A stretch of DNA of 64,000 nt, taken from NCBI GenBank assembly GCA_033977065.1, contig JAXCHI010000003.1:480001-544000 (forward strand), read 5' to 3'. Positions 1-9,634 of the stretch are shown piece by piece (position 1 is the stretch's first letter; every line of letters starts with the position of its first letter). Below the pieces are notes generated by a model. It was not told the DNA's origin and ran no database searches. It was given only the letters and a program-made list of their open reading frames with translations. This DNA comes from Candidatus Algichlamydia australiensis (GTDB taxonomy: Bacteria; Chlamydiota; Chlamydiia; Chlamydiales; JAJFMI01). A program made the position numbers and the translations under genes.

Positions 1-470
1 CCGGCTGCACATTTTCCAGGAAAGTAGTGACAAATGGGTACAATTGAGGAGTGATTGCGGTGCGCCGCACCAAACGCATCATTGATAAAAATCTCGCCGT
101 GGGAAGCTAACTCTTTAGCAAAACTGGGATCGCTATCTGGATCTTTTTCCGCTTTATGAAAACGCAGGTTTTCTAGCATGACAATTTTGCCCCGGTCCAT
201 CGAGACCTCTTTTCTCAAAAGTTCTGAGAGTCTTTTTGCACACGGTTTCAAGGAGAATTTAGGATCGGGTTCGCCCTTCGGTCTTCCCAAATGACTCATA
301 ATCGTAAGAGTTGCGCCCTGATCAAGAATGTAGTTGATGGTGGGAAGCGCCGCGCGGATACGCGAATCATCGGCGATCGTGCCGTCCTCTTTCAAGGGAA
401 CATTAAAGTCGACGCGCAAGAGCACACGCTTATTTTTTAGATCGAGATTTTTTAGGGATAGCTGCTTCAT
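1..470 (-). CDS. pgk: Phosphoglycerate kinase, N-terminal part (runs off the window)
   Basis: Manual translation from ATG at 470 (ATGA overlap with upstream stop): MKQLSLKNLDLKNKRVLLRVDFNVP...SHLGRP...LENLRF...NDAFGAAHR. Confidence 0.97.
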   Translation of the reverse strand, partial: MKQLSLKNLDLKNKRVLLRVDFNVPLKEDGTIADDSRIRAALPTINYILDQGATLTIMSHLGRPKGEPDPKFSLKPCAKRLSELLRKEVSMDRGKIVMLENLRFHKAEKDPDSDPSFAKELASHGEIFINDAFGAAHRNHSSIVPICHYFPGKCAA

Positions 471-1219
471 AAATCGGAAAAGGGAGTCGCTGCTTGAGCG
501 AAGTTCTTCCTTTTCCTTTTACTGAGTTCGCTTTTAATCGAAAAGAGCAGATCCATATCAAAATCTTGATGGACCGCCCAGCGTAGATAATCAAGAGGGA
601 TCTCTGAGAAGGGGCGCGCCTTGTGTTTCCCGAGAGGCATCTGCCTCATTAAGATCGGTTTTTTCAACCTTTCAAGAAGCTCTTTAGCAGTGCGGAAATT
701 CTGTGAAAGAAATTTGAAAACCTCAATATTGACAACCACATCGCTCATCGCGCGATGCGCTCCCTCTTCGGGAATGTTAAAGTGTTGTCTTAGTGCCTGC
801 AGAGAATTTGTGGGACTCTCGCCATAAAGTCTTGCAAGGCGCAGAGTGTCGATGCGCTTGTTGTTTTCAATTTCGCAGGGAACTGTGTGACGCTTTGCTG
901 CATTTTGCAAAATATCGATATCAAACCCAATCCCATGACCGACAAGAATATGATTGCCAATCAATTTCACAATCTCTTTTAAAACAGAGCCGATCATAGG
1001 CTTGCCTTGGACCATCTCATTTGTAATGTGATGAATTTGCGTTGATTCTTCAGGAATCGGACAACCCGGATCGATCAAGGTCTCGTAGGTTTCCAAGATC
1101 TCATCAAAAGTAAATTTTACAATAGCAATCTCAATGATCTGATCTTTTTTTGTATCAAGGCCTGTCGATTCAATATCAAAGCAGATGAAAGGCTGTTTAG
1201 TGAGTAAGGACACGGGCAA
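467..1219 (-). CDS. dnaQ: DEDDh 3'-5' exonuclease (DnaQ-like) with C-terminal DUF3820-like motif
   Basis: FDIESTG, GHGIGFD, HRAMSDV motifs; C-terminal MPLGKHK...IPLDYLRW; exact start uncertain. Confidence 0.88.
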   Translation of the reverse strand: MPVSLLTKQPFICFDIESTGLDTKKDQIIEIAIVKFTFDEILETYETLIDPGCPIPEESTQIHHITNEMVQGKPMIGSVLKEIVKLIGNHILVGHGIGFDIDILQNAAKRHTVPCEIENNKRIDTLRLARLYGESPTNSLQALRQHFNIPEEGAHRAMSDVVVNIEVFKFLSQNFRTAKELLERLKKPILMRQMPLGKHKARPFSEIPLDYLRWAVHQDFDMDLLFSIKSELSKRKRKNFAQAATPFSDL

Positions 1220-1796
1220 TTTCCCTTTTTAATAAGTCGCGATAAACGCCACTTTTGATTGAGTATAAGACGTGAGGAAGTTCTTTTAAACCTGTCGCCT
1301 CTTGTAAAATTTTACTATTGCGCTCCTGCGCTCGATTTAGCTCGCTCTTTTTGAGCTTGTCTGCCTTTGTGAATACAATCAGCAGCTTTTTTCCATGATG
1401 CGCGGCCCACATTGCAAACTCCAAATCATTTTTTTGAGGCGGGTGGCGCAAGTCAATGAGCTGAACTAAAAGGCTTAAATTTTCACGCGACTGCAAATAG
1501 TGCTCGATCGCCTCGCTCCACTGTGCCTGCTCTTTTTTTGAAACTTTTGCATAGCCAAACCCGGGCAAATCAACAAAAACAAGCTCGCCAGGAATTTCAA
1601 AAAAATTGAGCGTCTGTGTCTTTCCAGGGCGTGATGAGATGCGAGCGAGTTTGCTGTTTTGTGTGAGGTGGTTGAGAAGAGAGGACTTGCCCACGTTGGA
1701 GCGACCAATAAATGCGATCTCGGGCAGATCACTTTGGGGATAATCCTCCTCAAAGAGAGCCGATTTGATGTAGCGACACTTCTCGAATTTTTTCAT
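1197..1796 (-). CDS. engB: Ribosome biogenesis GTP-binding protein YihA/YsxC
   Basis: GRSNVGKSS, PGKTQ, DLPGFGYA, TKADK. Confidence 0.95.
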   Translation of the reverse strand: MKKFEKCRYIKSALFEEDYPQSDLPEIAFIGRSNVGKSSLLNHLTQNSKLARISSRPGKTQTLNFFEIPGELVFVDLPGFGYAKVSKKEQAQWSEAIEHYLQSRENLSLLVQLIDLRHPPQKNDLEFAMWAAHHGKKLLIVFTKADKLKKSELNRAQERNSKILQEATGLKELPHVLYSIKSGVYRDLLKREIARVLTH

Positions 1797-2205
1797 TTAT
1801 ATATTTAATTTCTACTTGGATGGCCCCTTCAGGAAGATTCGACCCTAACCTTTCAGCCCACTCAATAGCAGCAACGCCACTGCCGCCTAAGTACTCCTCA
1901 AAACCCAAAGCGTAAAATTGCTTAGCATTTTCCAATCGATAGAGATCGAAGTGGTAGAGAGGGACGCTGCCCTCATAAATGTTAAGATAGGTGAATGTGG
2001 GACTTTGCACTTCATTTGTCTCAACACCGCAAAGCGCTTTAGCAAGCCCCTTAACAAACGTTGTCTTCCCCGCACCTAAATCTCCGTAAAAAAGCAGAAT
2101 GGCTCCGGGAGAAAGAGTTTTGGCAAACTCCTCTCCAAGAGCCATCATCTCTTCGGTAGAAGAGATTCTTCTACTCTTCCATCCAGCTACTAACATAGCT
2201 TTCAA
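1750..2205 (-). CDS. tsaE: tRNA threonylcarbamoyladenosine biosynthesis ATPase TsaE
   Basis: GDLGAGKTT, SPTF, HFDLYRL, IEWAE; true start probably slightly downstream of 2205. Confidence 0.95.
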   Translation of the reverse strand: MKAMLVAGWKSRRISSTEEMMALGEEFAKTLSPGAILLFYGDLGAGKTTFVKGLAKALCGVETNEVQSPTFTYLNIYEGSVPLYHFDLYRLENAKQFYALGFEEYLGGSGVAAIEWAERLGSNLPEGAIQVEIKYINEKIREVSLHQIGSL

Positions 2206-2890
2206 ATTCCTTGTGCGTGCCTAAGTCTTCAACGAAGGCAGAGATTTGCGATTCATCTAGCTGCTTTTGCAAAAACTCCATGAAGTCCTCTTCAATCTCA
2301 AAGCGATTTTGAGAGGGAACATCGATCAGATCAATTGCCTTAATCTGATTTTTTTTGAAATCATCAATCACCGATTTTTTCGTATTGAACAGCTTGCCTG
2401 TGATTGCAGAAGAGTAGACCGTTTTTGTGACCGCGGCCTTCTCTTTTTTAATGTAATTTTTAATGACTTCCGAATCTTCGGAAATATGAAAGCGCTTGAC
2501 TTTCATGCCCTTGTCCATCTCGGTGTTTTCTGGGCAGCTTGCAACCCAATCATAGATCGCATCTTGGGGGTTTGGGTGCGTGTTATCGCCAAAAACTTTC
2601 CCTGTAAACGGGCAGATATAGATGCGTTTTGTCTCAGCATTGACACTCTGTTGGCCATACTGAATCTTGATCTGTGTTTCGCGCCAGACCTTGCCCTCTT
2701 TTTCCAGCTTCGCGAGCAGCTCATCCGCACTTTGATAGATCTTGCGTTCACGACCGAAAATAACGGGATGCAATTTAAATTTTTTCTCCAAAAAGAAGAA
2801 ATATGTCGTGAGAAGGTCAGCCTTCTTATTTTTCTTTAAAAATTTATCTAATAGCTCTACGAGCGAATCTGTAACAATCTTCGTTGCCAT
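2171..2890 (-). CDS. Conserved chlamydial protein (DUF2709/CT538-like)
   Basis: IYICPFTGKVFGDNTHPNPQDAIYDWV motif; position upstream of tsaE-dnaQ as in Chlamydia. Confidence 0.8.
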   Translation of the reverse strand: MATKIVTDSLVELLDKFLKKNKKADLLTTYFFFLEKKFKLHPVIFGRERKIYQSADELLAKLEKEGKVWRETQIKIQYGQQSVNAETKRIYICPFTGKVFGDNTHPNPQDAIYDWVASCPENTEMDKGMKVKRFHISEDSEVIKNYIKKEKAAVTKTVYSSAITGKLFNTKKSVIDDFKKNQIKAIDLIDVPSQNRFEIEEDFMEFLQKQLDESQISAFVEDLGTHKEFESYVSSWMEE

Positions 2891-3052
2891 AACTACCTTA
2901 AAATATGATTTTTTAGGATACCATTAAGGGAGTAAACAAGCAAGAATTCCATTGTTTTTATAAAGTAAAATATTTATTTCACAATCGATTTTGATAGACT
3001 TTTTATTAAAATTTGGGTAGAATTGCTATTAATAAAATTTGAGATTTAAAAA

Positions 3053-3961
3053 ATGTTTAATTTAGTAAAAGCTCACCAAGATCCTCGGCATGAAAGTAAT
3101 GGTCTCTTGCCACTATTCGGAAAACTTGAAGATGCCGCTATATTGATTGGCACATTTGCCCTCCCTGTAATGCTTTATCGCGGAGGTTTTTTTCAAAATT
3201 ACTCTTTACAAAATGCAACTAAGACCCGCGTTTTTGTTTTGACCTACGGAGTAGCACTTGCTCTACGACTCCTCGCTACCACAGTCGGAAGGGCAGTCCG
3301 CAGATCGTCTAAAAATACAGAAACTCCTCAGCAGTCTGAAAAGGTTAGCCTGCCGAAGCCTCCAGTAGAAAAACAACCGGAACAGAAAGAAACAACAAGC
3401 TGGTGGGTAAAAAGGTTGCTAAGTGAGGCCGAAGAAAAAGATCGGGAAATAGAAGTCTTGAAAGGGCAGTTGCGTACTGTAGATGACGAGAAAAGAAAAC
3501 TTCAAAGAGCAAATCGAGAACTTCCAAGAGAAAAAGCAAAAGTTGAGGAATTAGAAAAAGAGCTAGAGAGAGAAAAAAAAATCCATGCAGAAGTAGGATC
3601 AGACTTTGTAAACAAATTAGCAAGCCTTAGAACTCAGTTGAAAGAGAAAGGACAAGAGCATTTGGAAAGTCAAATTATTGAATTACAAGAGAAAAATGAG
3701 CAATTAGAGAGTAAAGTAGAAGAGCTTCGAAGCGAAAATATGCAATTAAGAAGTGCAAATATAAATTTACAGACTAGCCATAATGATGAGAAGAACAAAA
3801 TGGCGCGAGAAATTATTTTCCTAAAAGGAAAAATATCAGCTCAAGAAATAGATATTGCCTCCTTAAAGGGAAGAGATGCACTTCAAAAAAAATGGAGTGC
3901 AGTGAGTAGAGGACCCGGCATAAAAGAAGCTTCGAAGGAGAAGATTGAAGAGGTAGAGTAG
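3053..3961 (+). CDS. Hypothetical protein with two N-terminal hydrophobic segments and a long coiled coil (Inc-like)
   Basis: AAILIGTFALPVML and VFVLTYGVALALRLLATTV segments, then E/K/L heptad-rich region; AT-rich flanks. Confidence 0.6.
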   Translation: MFNLVKAHQDPRHESNGLLPLFGKLEDAAILIGTFALPVMLYRGGFFQNYSLQNATKTRVFVLTYGVALALRLLATTVGRAVRRSSKNTETPQQSEKVSLPKPPVEKQPEQKETTSWWVKRLLSEAEEKDREIEVLKGQLRTVDDEKRKLQRANRELPREKAKVEELEKELEREKKIHAEVGSDFVNKLASLRTQLKEKGQEHLESQIIELQEKNEQLESKVEELRSENMQLRSANINLQTSHNDEKNKMAREIIFLKGKISAQEIDIASLKGRDALQKKWSAVSRGPGIKEASKEKIEEVE

Positions 3962-3991
3962 TTATAAAATAAAAAATAGATTTTCACAAAT

Positions 3992-4020
3992 TTGTATTTT
4001 CTACGAATTTTTGGTATAAT
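3992..4020 (+). promoter_or_regulatory. Sigma66/sigma70-type promoter of ldh-argS
   Basis: TTGTAT-N17-TATAAT with extended TG, 23 nt before the ATG at 4044. Confidence 0.6.
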
Positions 4021-4043
4021 TGCTGTAAAATAGTTGCATCACC

Positions 4044-5147
4044 ATGGAACCAATACTAGAAGAACTCGACATCCCCGGATATCACAGGGTTGTAAAAATT
4101 ACTGAGCCTACATGTGGGCTTGTAGGAATTATTTCAATTCACGATCTGACCATGGGGCCAACCCTTGGTGGGATTCGCTTCTATCCTTATCAAAGTTTTG
4201 ATGATGCGCTCTTTGATGTACTGCGCCTCTCTAAAGGAATGACGTATAAGTCGGCGATGGTTGAGCACGGCTGTGGTGGGGGAAAGAGTGTCATCATTGC
4301 TGATCCCAAGACGCAAAAAACACCTGAGCTCTTGCGCGCCTTTGCTCGCGCGATCCATAAGTTGGAGGGTATTTACATTGGTGCTGAAGATTCAGGCTGC
4401 ACGCCTGAAGATTTAGCACTCATGAGTGAAGAGACTCCTTATCTTGTCGGTTTGATGCATGAGAAGAGTTCTGGTCACCCGTCGCCGTACACGGCGTGGG
4501 GTACTTTTCGTGGGATTGAGGCAGCTTTGCAGTTTCGCTATGGCTCAACTGAGGTTGAGGGGAAACATTTTGCTTTCCAAGGCGTAGGCTCTGTTGGAGA
4601 AATCATTGCGGAGCATCTCTTTTGGCGCGGTGCCAAGTTGACTTTTGCAGATGTCAATGTAGAGAATTGCCAGCGTTTAGCAAAGAAATTTGGCGCTGAT
4701 GTGGTCTCTGTAGAAGAGATTGTTACGCATCCATGTGATGTTTTTGTGCCTTGCGCTCTGGGCGGTGTGATCCATAAAGAAAATATTCCACAGCTGCAGT
4801 GCGAAATTATTGCAGGCTGTGCTAACAATGTTTTACTAGAGGAAAGCGATGGCGATCTATTGAAAGAGCGCAATATTCTCTATGCTCCCGATTTTGTTAT
4901 CAATGGCGGGGGGTTAATCAATGTGGTTTGTGAGATTGAAAAAGAGGGCTATTCACCAGTGCGGACGAGAAAGACCACAGACCAAATTTTTGAGCGGCTT
5001 CTCTCGATTTTTGAAGAATCTAAGAAAACAGGTTGCTCTACGCATGCAGCAGCAATTAAACTAGCAGAATATCGTCTACAAAATAGAATAGGAAAACGTC
5101 CTTATGAGCCCTGTTTCCACCACGCAAGCTGCGAAGCTGCTCGTTGA
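4044..5147 (+). CDS. ldh: Leucine dehydrogenase (Glu/Leu/Phe/Val dehydrogenase family)
   Basis: GPTLGGIR, GMTYK, GGGKSVI, AED, QGVGSVG, PCALGG, GCANN, YAPDFVINGGG. Confidence 0.92.
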   Translation: MEPILEELDIPGYHRVVKITEPTCGLVGIISIHDLTMGPTLGGIRFYPYQSFDDALFDVLRLSKGMTYKSAMVEHGCGGGKSVIIADPKTQKTPELLRAFARAIHKLEGIYIGAEDSGCTPEDLALMSEETPYLVGLMHEKSSGHPSPYTAWGTFRGIEAALQFRYGSTEVEGKHFAFQGVGSVGEIIAEHLFWRGAKLTFADVNVENCQRLAKKFGADVVSVEEIVTHPCDVFVPCALGGVIHKENIPQLQCEIIAGCANNVLLEESDGDLLKERNILYAPDFVINGGGLINVVCEIEKEGYSPVRTRKTTDQIFERLLSIFEESKKTGCSTHAAAIKLAEYRLQNRIGKRPYEPCFHHASCEAAR

Positions 5148-6867
5148 AATTTTAAAGAAGCGCGCTACAAGCGCCATTCAAAAAGCCTTTCCCGATCTGC
5201 AAAATGAGATAGCAGAAGTCGTTCCTAGTACACAGGAGCGTTTTGGTCACTACCAGTGCAACAGCGCTTTGCGCCTTGCCAAGCAGATGCGCCAAAATCC
5301 ACGTGAGGTGGCCCAGGCGATCATGCAAAATCTTCCCAATGAAGATGAGCTTGCGATCAAGATGGAGATTGCGGGACCCGGCTTTATCAATATTTTTCTC
5401 AATCCAAGTTTCTTAAGCGAAAGGACAAATCATCTTTTGCATGATCCGCGTCTTGGTGTGCCGAAGCTAGCAAGTCCTAAGCGCATGGTCGTAGAATTCT
5501 CCTCTCCCAACATTGCTAAAGAGCTGCACGTCGGGCACTTGCGTTCGACAATCATTGGCGATTCGCTTGCGCGTTTAATGGAGTTTTTAGGGCATGATGT
5601 GCTGCGTCTCAATCACATTGGCGATTGGGGAACGCAATTTGGCATGCTCATCTCCTATCTCAAAGAACTTCAGCCCGAGGTTCTTGAGGGTAAAAAACAG
5701 GCGGCGCTTAAAGAGTTAATGGGCTGGTATCGCGATGCAAAGAAAAAATTTGATAAAGATCCCGGTTTTAAAAAGCGCTCGCAAGAAGAGGTTGTGCGTC
5801 TGCAAGGGGGAGATGAGCACTCTCTTTCTGCGTGGAAAAAGATTTGTGAAATTTCGCGCGACGCGTTTAAAGAAATTTATGGGTTGCTTGATGTAGAGCT
5901 TATTGAGCGCGGTGAGTCGTTTTACAATCCCTTTCTTGCATCGCTTGTAGAAGATTTAGAAAAGAAAAAATTGGTTACGCTTTCTGATGGAGCCAAGTGC
6001 ATTTTCCTCGAAGGTTTTGTGAACAAAGAGGGCGATCCACTCCCAATGATCGTGCAAAAATCGGATGGCGGTTACAACTACTCGACAACGGATATGGCGG
6101 GTATGCGTCATCGCATTGAAAAAGAGAAGGCTGAGCGCATTGTTGTGGTGACAGATGCAGGACAGAGCTTGCACTTCCAAATGATTGCTGCTGCTGCAGA
6201 AAAAGCGGGCTATCTCGACCCAAAAAAGACCCAGTTCGATCACGTGCCTTTTGGTGTTGTGCTCAACACTTCTGGAAAAAAGTTTAAAACGCGTGAAGGC
6301 GCGACTGAGCCACTTGTCTCTCTTCTCACAGAGGGGATTGCTCATGCAAAAAAACTGTTATCAGAGCGTCTGCACGATGATCCTGAACTTGACCAATTGG
6401 CCACTATCTTGGGCATTGATGCGATTAAATATGCCGATCTCTCCTGCCATCGCATGAAAGATTATGTATTTAGTTATGATCGCATGCTCAATTTTGAAGG
6501 CAATACCGCTGCCTACTTGCTCTACTCCTATGTGCGCATCCAAGGGATTAAGCGCAAAGTAGGAAAAGATCTTGGTGAGGTGCAAGACCTTGCAAAAATT
6601 ATGTTAGAGCACCCAAGTGAGATTTCTCTTGGTCTCAAGCTCTGTCAGTTTGGAGAGACGCTTCGCGTAATGGAACGCGATCTTCTGCCCAATCGATTAA
6701 CGGATTATCTCTATAATCTTGCTGAGAGCTTTCACGCTTTCTTTCGCGATTGCCGCGTTGAGGGAGTCGATGAGGAGAATGCGCGTCTGCTTCTTTGCGA
6801 AGCGACCGCCCGCGTTCTCAAGCAGGGCTTAGAAATTTTAGGCCTTAAGACCCTCGATCGTATGTAA
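5104..6867 (+). CDS. argS: Arginine--tRNA ligase
   Basis: EFSSPNIAKELHVGHLRSTIIGD, NHIGDWGTQFG, KFKTR, GNTAAYLLY. Confidence 0.98.
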   Translation: MSPVSTTQAAKLLVEILKKRATSAIQKAFPDLQNEIAEVVPSTQERFGHYQCNSALRLAKQMRQNPREVAQAIMQNLPNEDELAIKMEIAGPGFINIFLNPSFLSERTNHLLHDPRLGVPKLASPKRMVVEFSSPNIAKELHVGHLRSTIIGDSLARLMEFLGHDVLRLNHIGDWGTQFGMLISYLKELQPEVLEGKKQAALKELMGWYRDAKKKFDKDPGFKKRSQEEVVRLQGGDEHSLSAWKKICEISRDAFKEIYGLLDVELIERGESFYNPFLASLVEDLEKKKLVTLSDGAKCIFLEGFVNKEGDPLPMIVQKSDGGYNYSTTDMAGMRHRIEKEKAERIVVVTDAGQSLHFQMIAAAAEKAGYLDPKKTQFDHVPFGVVLNTSGKKFKTREGATEPLVSLLTEGIAHAKKLLSERLHDDPELDQLATILGIDAIKYADLSCHRMKDYVFSYDRMLNFEGNTAAYLLYSYVRIQGIKRKVGKDLGEVQDLAKIMLEHPSEISLGLKLCQFGETLRVMERDLLPNRLTDYLYNLAESFHAFFRDCRVEGVDEENARLLLCEATARVLKQGLEILGLKTLDRM

Positions 6868-7794
6868 CCCTGCTTTTGGAATAAGCTTTAAGAGGGTTTC
6901 AGCTTCTACAGAATTGTTTTTGGCGTCATTTAGTTCTTGTGAAAGTTGTGTAGAGATGTCCCTTTTCCAGCGGTTGAATCCCCAGTGGGCGATCGACCGT
7001 AGTTTAGACCCGCTCTCTTTTGCATAGGCGCTTTCGATCATGAGGGCGTGCATTTCTTCTACATTGTCGAATTGATCAAAGCGAGGAACGTCTTTGAATG
7101 CGGTAGGAATTTTATACTTGTCATATGTATGGGTTAACTCATGAAGTAAAATTTCTTTTAAAGAAGTTTGAGCTGTTCTGATATTTCCGTCTTGATTTAG
7201 AGAGACTCTCTCGTGACTTTTAGAAGTAAGAAGGATTTTGTAACTAGAAGGAAGTGCGTTAAAATATTTTTCTTTGGGAGATTCGGGATGTAGATATCTC
7301 CAGGGAAGAAAGAGTAGAGGAGCTAGCAAAATTAAGAAATTTACTTGAAGAAGATCGACAATTAAGGAGTTTGCCTCTTTGCAACAGGGAGCAGACTCGC
7401 TCATTTCTAGAATAATACGAGAATTTCTTTCGATAGCTCTGTTAATAACAAAATATCCTGTTTTTGTTTTGGCGATTTCCCTGATCGATGAGATTAATTC
7501 TGAAGAATAGATACCTAACTTTATTGATGTATTTCTAAAAAGGATTTCATCTACAAGAGCTGAAACTTCTTTTTCTGTCGGATTGCGGAGTTGCCCTAAA
7601 AATGAGTCGACTCCCTCTTCTATTTTTTCGTAATAAGTCTGAGACTCTTTTAAAAAAGATAGAGGGTCTTTTTTGCTTAATGAAAGATGAGACTTTGCAA
7701 CGTTTGAGGTCCGAGTGTCTAATTCTTTTTTCTCAAGATTAGGGGGGGGCGTGGGACTGCTGCTTTCTGAATATTGGCTAACTTTATTTATCAT
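6838..7794 (-). CDS. Putative zinc metallopeptidase effector (HExxH, M91/NleD-like)
   Basis: ILLHELTH followed by EEMHAL...ESAYAKESGSKLR; S/P-rich N-terminus; AT-rich. Confidence 0.55.
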   Translation of the reverse strand: MINKVSQYSESSSPTPPPNLEKKELDTRTSNVAKSHLSLSKKDPLSFLKESQTYYEKIEEGVDSFLGQLRNPTEKEVSALVDEILFRNTSIKLGIYSSELISSIREIAKTKTGYFVINRAIERNSRIILEMSESAPCCKEANSLIVDLLQVNFLILLAPLLFLPWRYLHPESPKEKYFNALPSSYKILLTSKSHERVSLNQDGNIRTAQTSLKEILLHELTHTYDKYKIPTAFKDVPRFDQFDNVEEMHALMIESAYAKESGSKLRSIAHWGFNRWKRDISTQLSQELNDAKNNSVEAETLLKLIPKAGLHTIEGLKA

Positions 7795-8075
7795 TTTATT
7801 TACATCATTAAAATATTATATAATTATTATAATAAATAATTTAATTAAATTCAATTATGTTTATAGTGTGTTGATATTCAGTGGGATGTAATTCGATCTA
7901 TCTGACTGATTAAATAAAAGGGTAAAGAGAGAACGTTATTTTCTATGAGTTTTTCCAATTTGCCTTGCACCGCGTAAAAGAAGAGGTTTGTGTCTTTTTT
8001 CATTTTTCCATTTGAGTAGATCTTGTTCAATATCCCGCTTCATTCTTTTATAATAGCATAAAATTGCCCCCTGTT

Positions 8076-9026
8076 TTATGTAAGTTGCTCATTTACAGTA
8101 GTTTTGGATTTTTCACCTGCAAGCTCCTGAACATAGCGCGGAACGGCGTAGCCGGGAAGAGATTCGCGGAGTTGTGAGATGATTTCTAGGCCTTTTCTGG
8201 GAGAGACCTCAAAATGGGCAGCTCCCTGCACGCGGTCGAGTTGGTGCAGGTAGTAGGGGATGATCCCGTGGGCAATCAATTTTAAAAAAAGTTCCTTAAG
8301 GGTTTGAAAATTGTCATTTACGTCTTTTAGGAGCACGGTTTGGGTGAGCACTGGGCAAGGCATTTTTTTTAATGATGCTAGGACATCGTTGTCTAGTTCT
8401 TTGGGGTGATTGGTGTGCACAAGGAAGATGGTTTGCAGACGGCTTTTTTGCAGAATCTCAATGAATTCTTTTGTAATGCGTTCAGGAATTCCAATAGGAA
8501 AGCGGGTGTGGAAGCGCAATATTTGAAGATGAGGGACCTCTTCTAACTTTTCGATGAGTTGGGCTAAGCGTCGATCGCTAAGTGAGAGAGGATCGCCTCC
8601 ACTTAAAATGATTTCTATAGTTGTGGGATCATTTTTAAGAACTTCGATTTCTGCATCCCAGTTGTCCGCTTTTTCGTAATCATAGTTTTGACGAAAGCAG
8701 TAGCGGCAGTGCATGGGACAAACGCCAGTAGTGACAAGGAGGGCACGGCTCTGATATTTTTGCAAGAGTTTGGGGGTTTTTTGAAAGGAGCAGTCGGAAA
8801 CAGGGTCAGAGATAAAGTTGGGAAAGGAAATTTTTTCTTTTGATAGGGGAAGGAATTGTTTTAAGAGGGGGTCATTGAGATCGTTTTTGGCAATTTTTTC
8901 TGCGATTCGCCTAGGAAGGTTTAGGGGGAATGATGTATCGGTAAAACTTTTACGGTCTTCTATTTCTAGATAGTCTAGAAGGGTGGGAAGATCGCGAAAA
9001 TTTTCTCTAAGGATGCTTTGCCACAT
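8076..9026 (-). CDS. epmB: KamA-family radical SAM protein, probably EF-P beta-lysylation lysine 2,3-aminomutase
   Basis: CPMHCRYCFR, LSGGDPL, RFHTRFP, HTNHPKE, PYYLHQLDRVQGAAHF. Confidence 0.85.
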   Translation of the reverse strand: MWQSILRENFRDLPTLLDYLEIEDRKSFTDTSFPLNLPRRIAEKIAKNDLNDPLLKQFLPLSKEKISFPNFISDPVSDCSFQKTPKLLQKYQSRALLVTTGVCPMHCRYCFRQNYDYEKADNWDAEIEVLKNDPTTIEIILSGGDPLSLSDRRLAQLIEKLEEVPHLQILRFHTRFPIGIPERITKEFIEILQKSRLQTIFLVHTNHPKELDNDVLASLKKMPCPVLTQTVLLKDVNDNFQTLKELFLKLIAHGIIPYYLHQLDRVQGAAHFEVSPRKGLEIISQLRESLPGYAVPRYVQELAGEKSKTTVNEQLT

Positions 9027-9051
9027 AGTTTGTTATATCATACCAGAAAGT

Positions 9052-9561
9052 CTAAAATCCAAAACCATAACGGATTGATACCGATGGAAAGTTGACTCTC
9101 TCTTTGGGGTGACCATCGAGAAATGTACAAGGAACAAATTGCACTTCTAAAAAGCGTTTACGGCCCTTGCTTGTGCGGTATTGTTTTCCAAAAACAAATT
9201 CAGGGGAGACAAATGTGAGCGAAAAAGGTTGAACTGTTGAGACACCTACTCCTGCCCCAAAATAATATTCACTTCGTTGGTTTGGTCTAGGGTAATAGAG
9301 AAGAAGGGCGCTGCCATTTAAGGCGTAGACATCTGAAAAGAAAAGGGTTCCGTTGGCGCTTAAGTCAATACCGAGGTGCTTTGATTGCGCTCGCAAACCA
9401 AGTCCAAGAAAGGGGCGGGTGTAGCAAAGAATTTGCGTTGGAACATATAGACCAGTCGTTCCATAAACAAAAATATTTTTTGTCGAGGGGAGTTCACTCT
9501 CGTCAGCTTTTAGTGTTCCAAAGGCTGCTGAAAAGAAAAGCAGTAGTCCAAATTTTTTCAT
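9052..9561 (-). CDS. Small outer-membrane beta-barrel protein, paralog 3
   Basis: Signal peptide MKKFGLLL..LKA/DE, amphipathic beta strands, C-terminal YGFGF. Confidence 0.7.
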   Translation of the reverse strand: MKKFGLLLFFSAAFGTLKADESELPSTKNIFVYGTTGLYVPTQILCYTRPFLGLGLRAQSKHLGIDLSANGTLFFSDVYALNGSALLLYYPRPNQRSEYYFGAGVGVSTVQPFSLTFVSPEFVFGKQYRTSKGRKRFLEVQFVPCTFLDGHPKERVNFPSVSIRYGFGF

Positions 9562-9581
9562 AATTATTTCTACACAAATGG

Positions 9582-9614
9582 AGTGCTTTGTTGGTTAGAC
9601 GTCGACAAAGCACT
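9582..9614. terminator. Intergenic hairpin between OMP paralogs 2 and 3
   Basis: AGTGCTTTGT...ACAAAGCACT inverted repeat. Confidence 0.4.
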
Positions 9615-9634
9615 TGTAATTTTAACAGAAGAAG

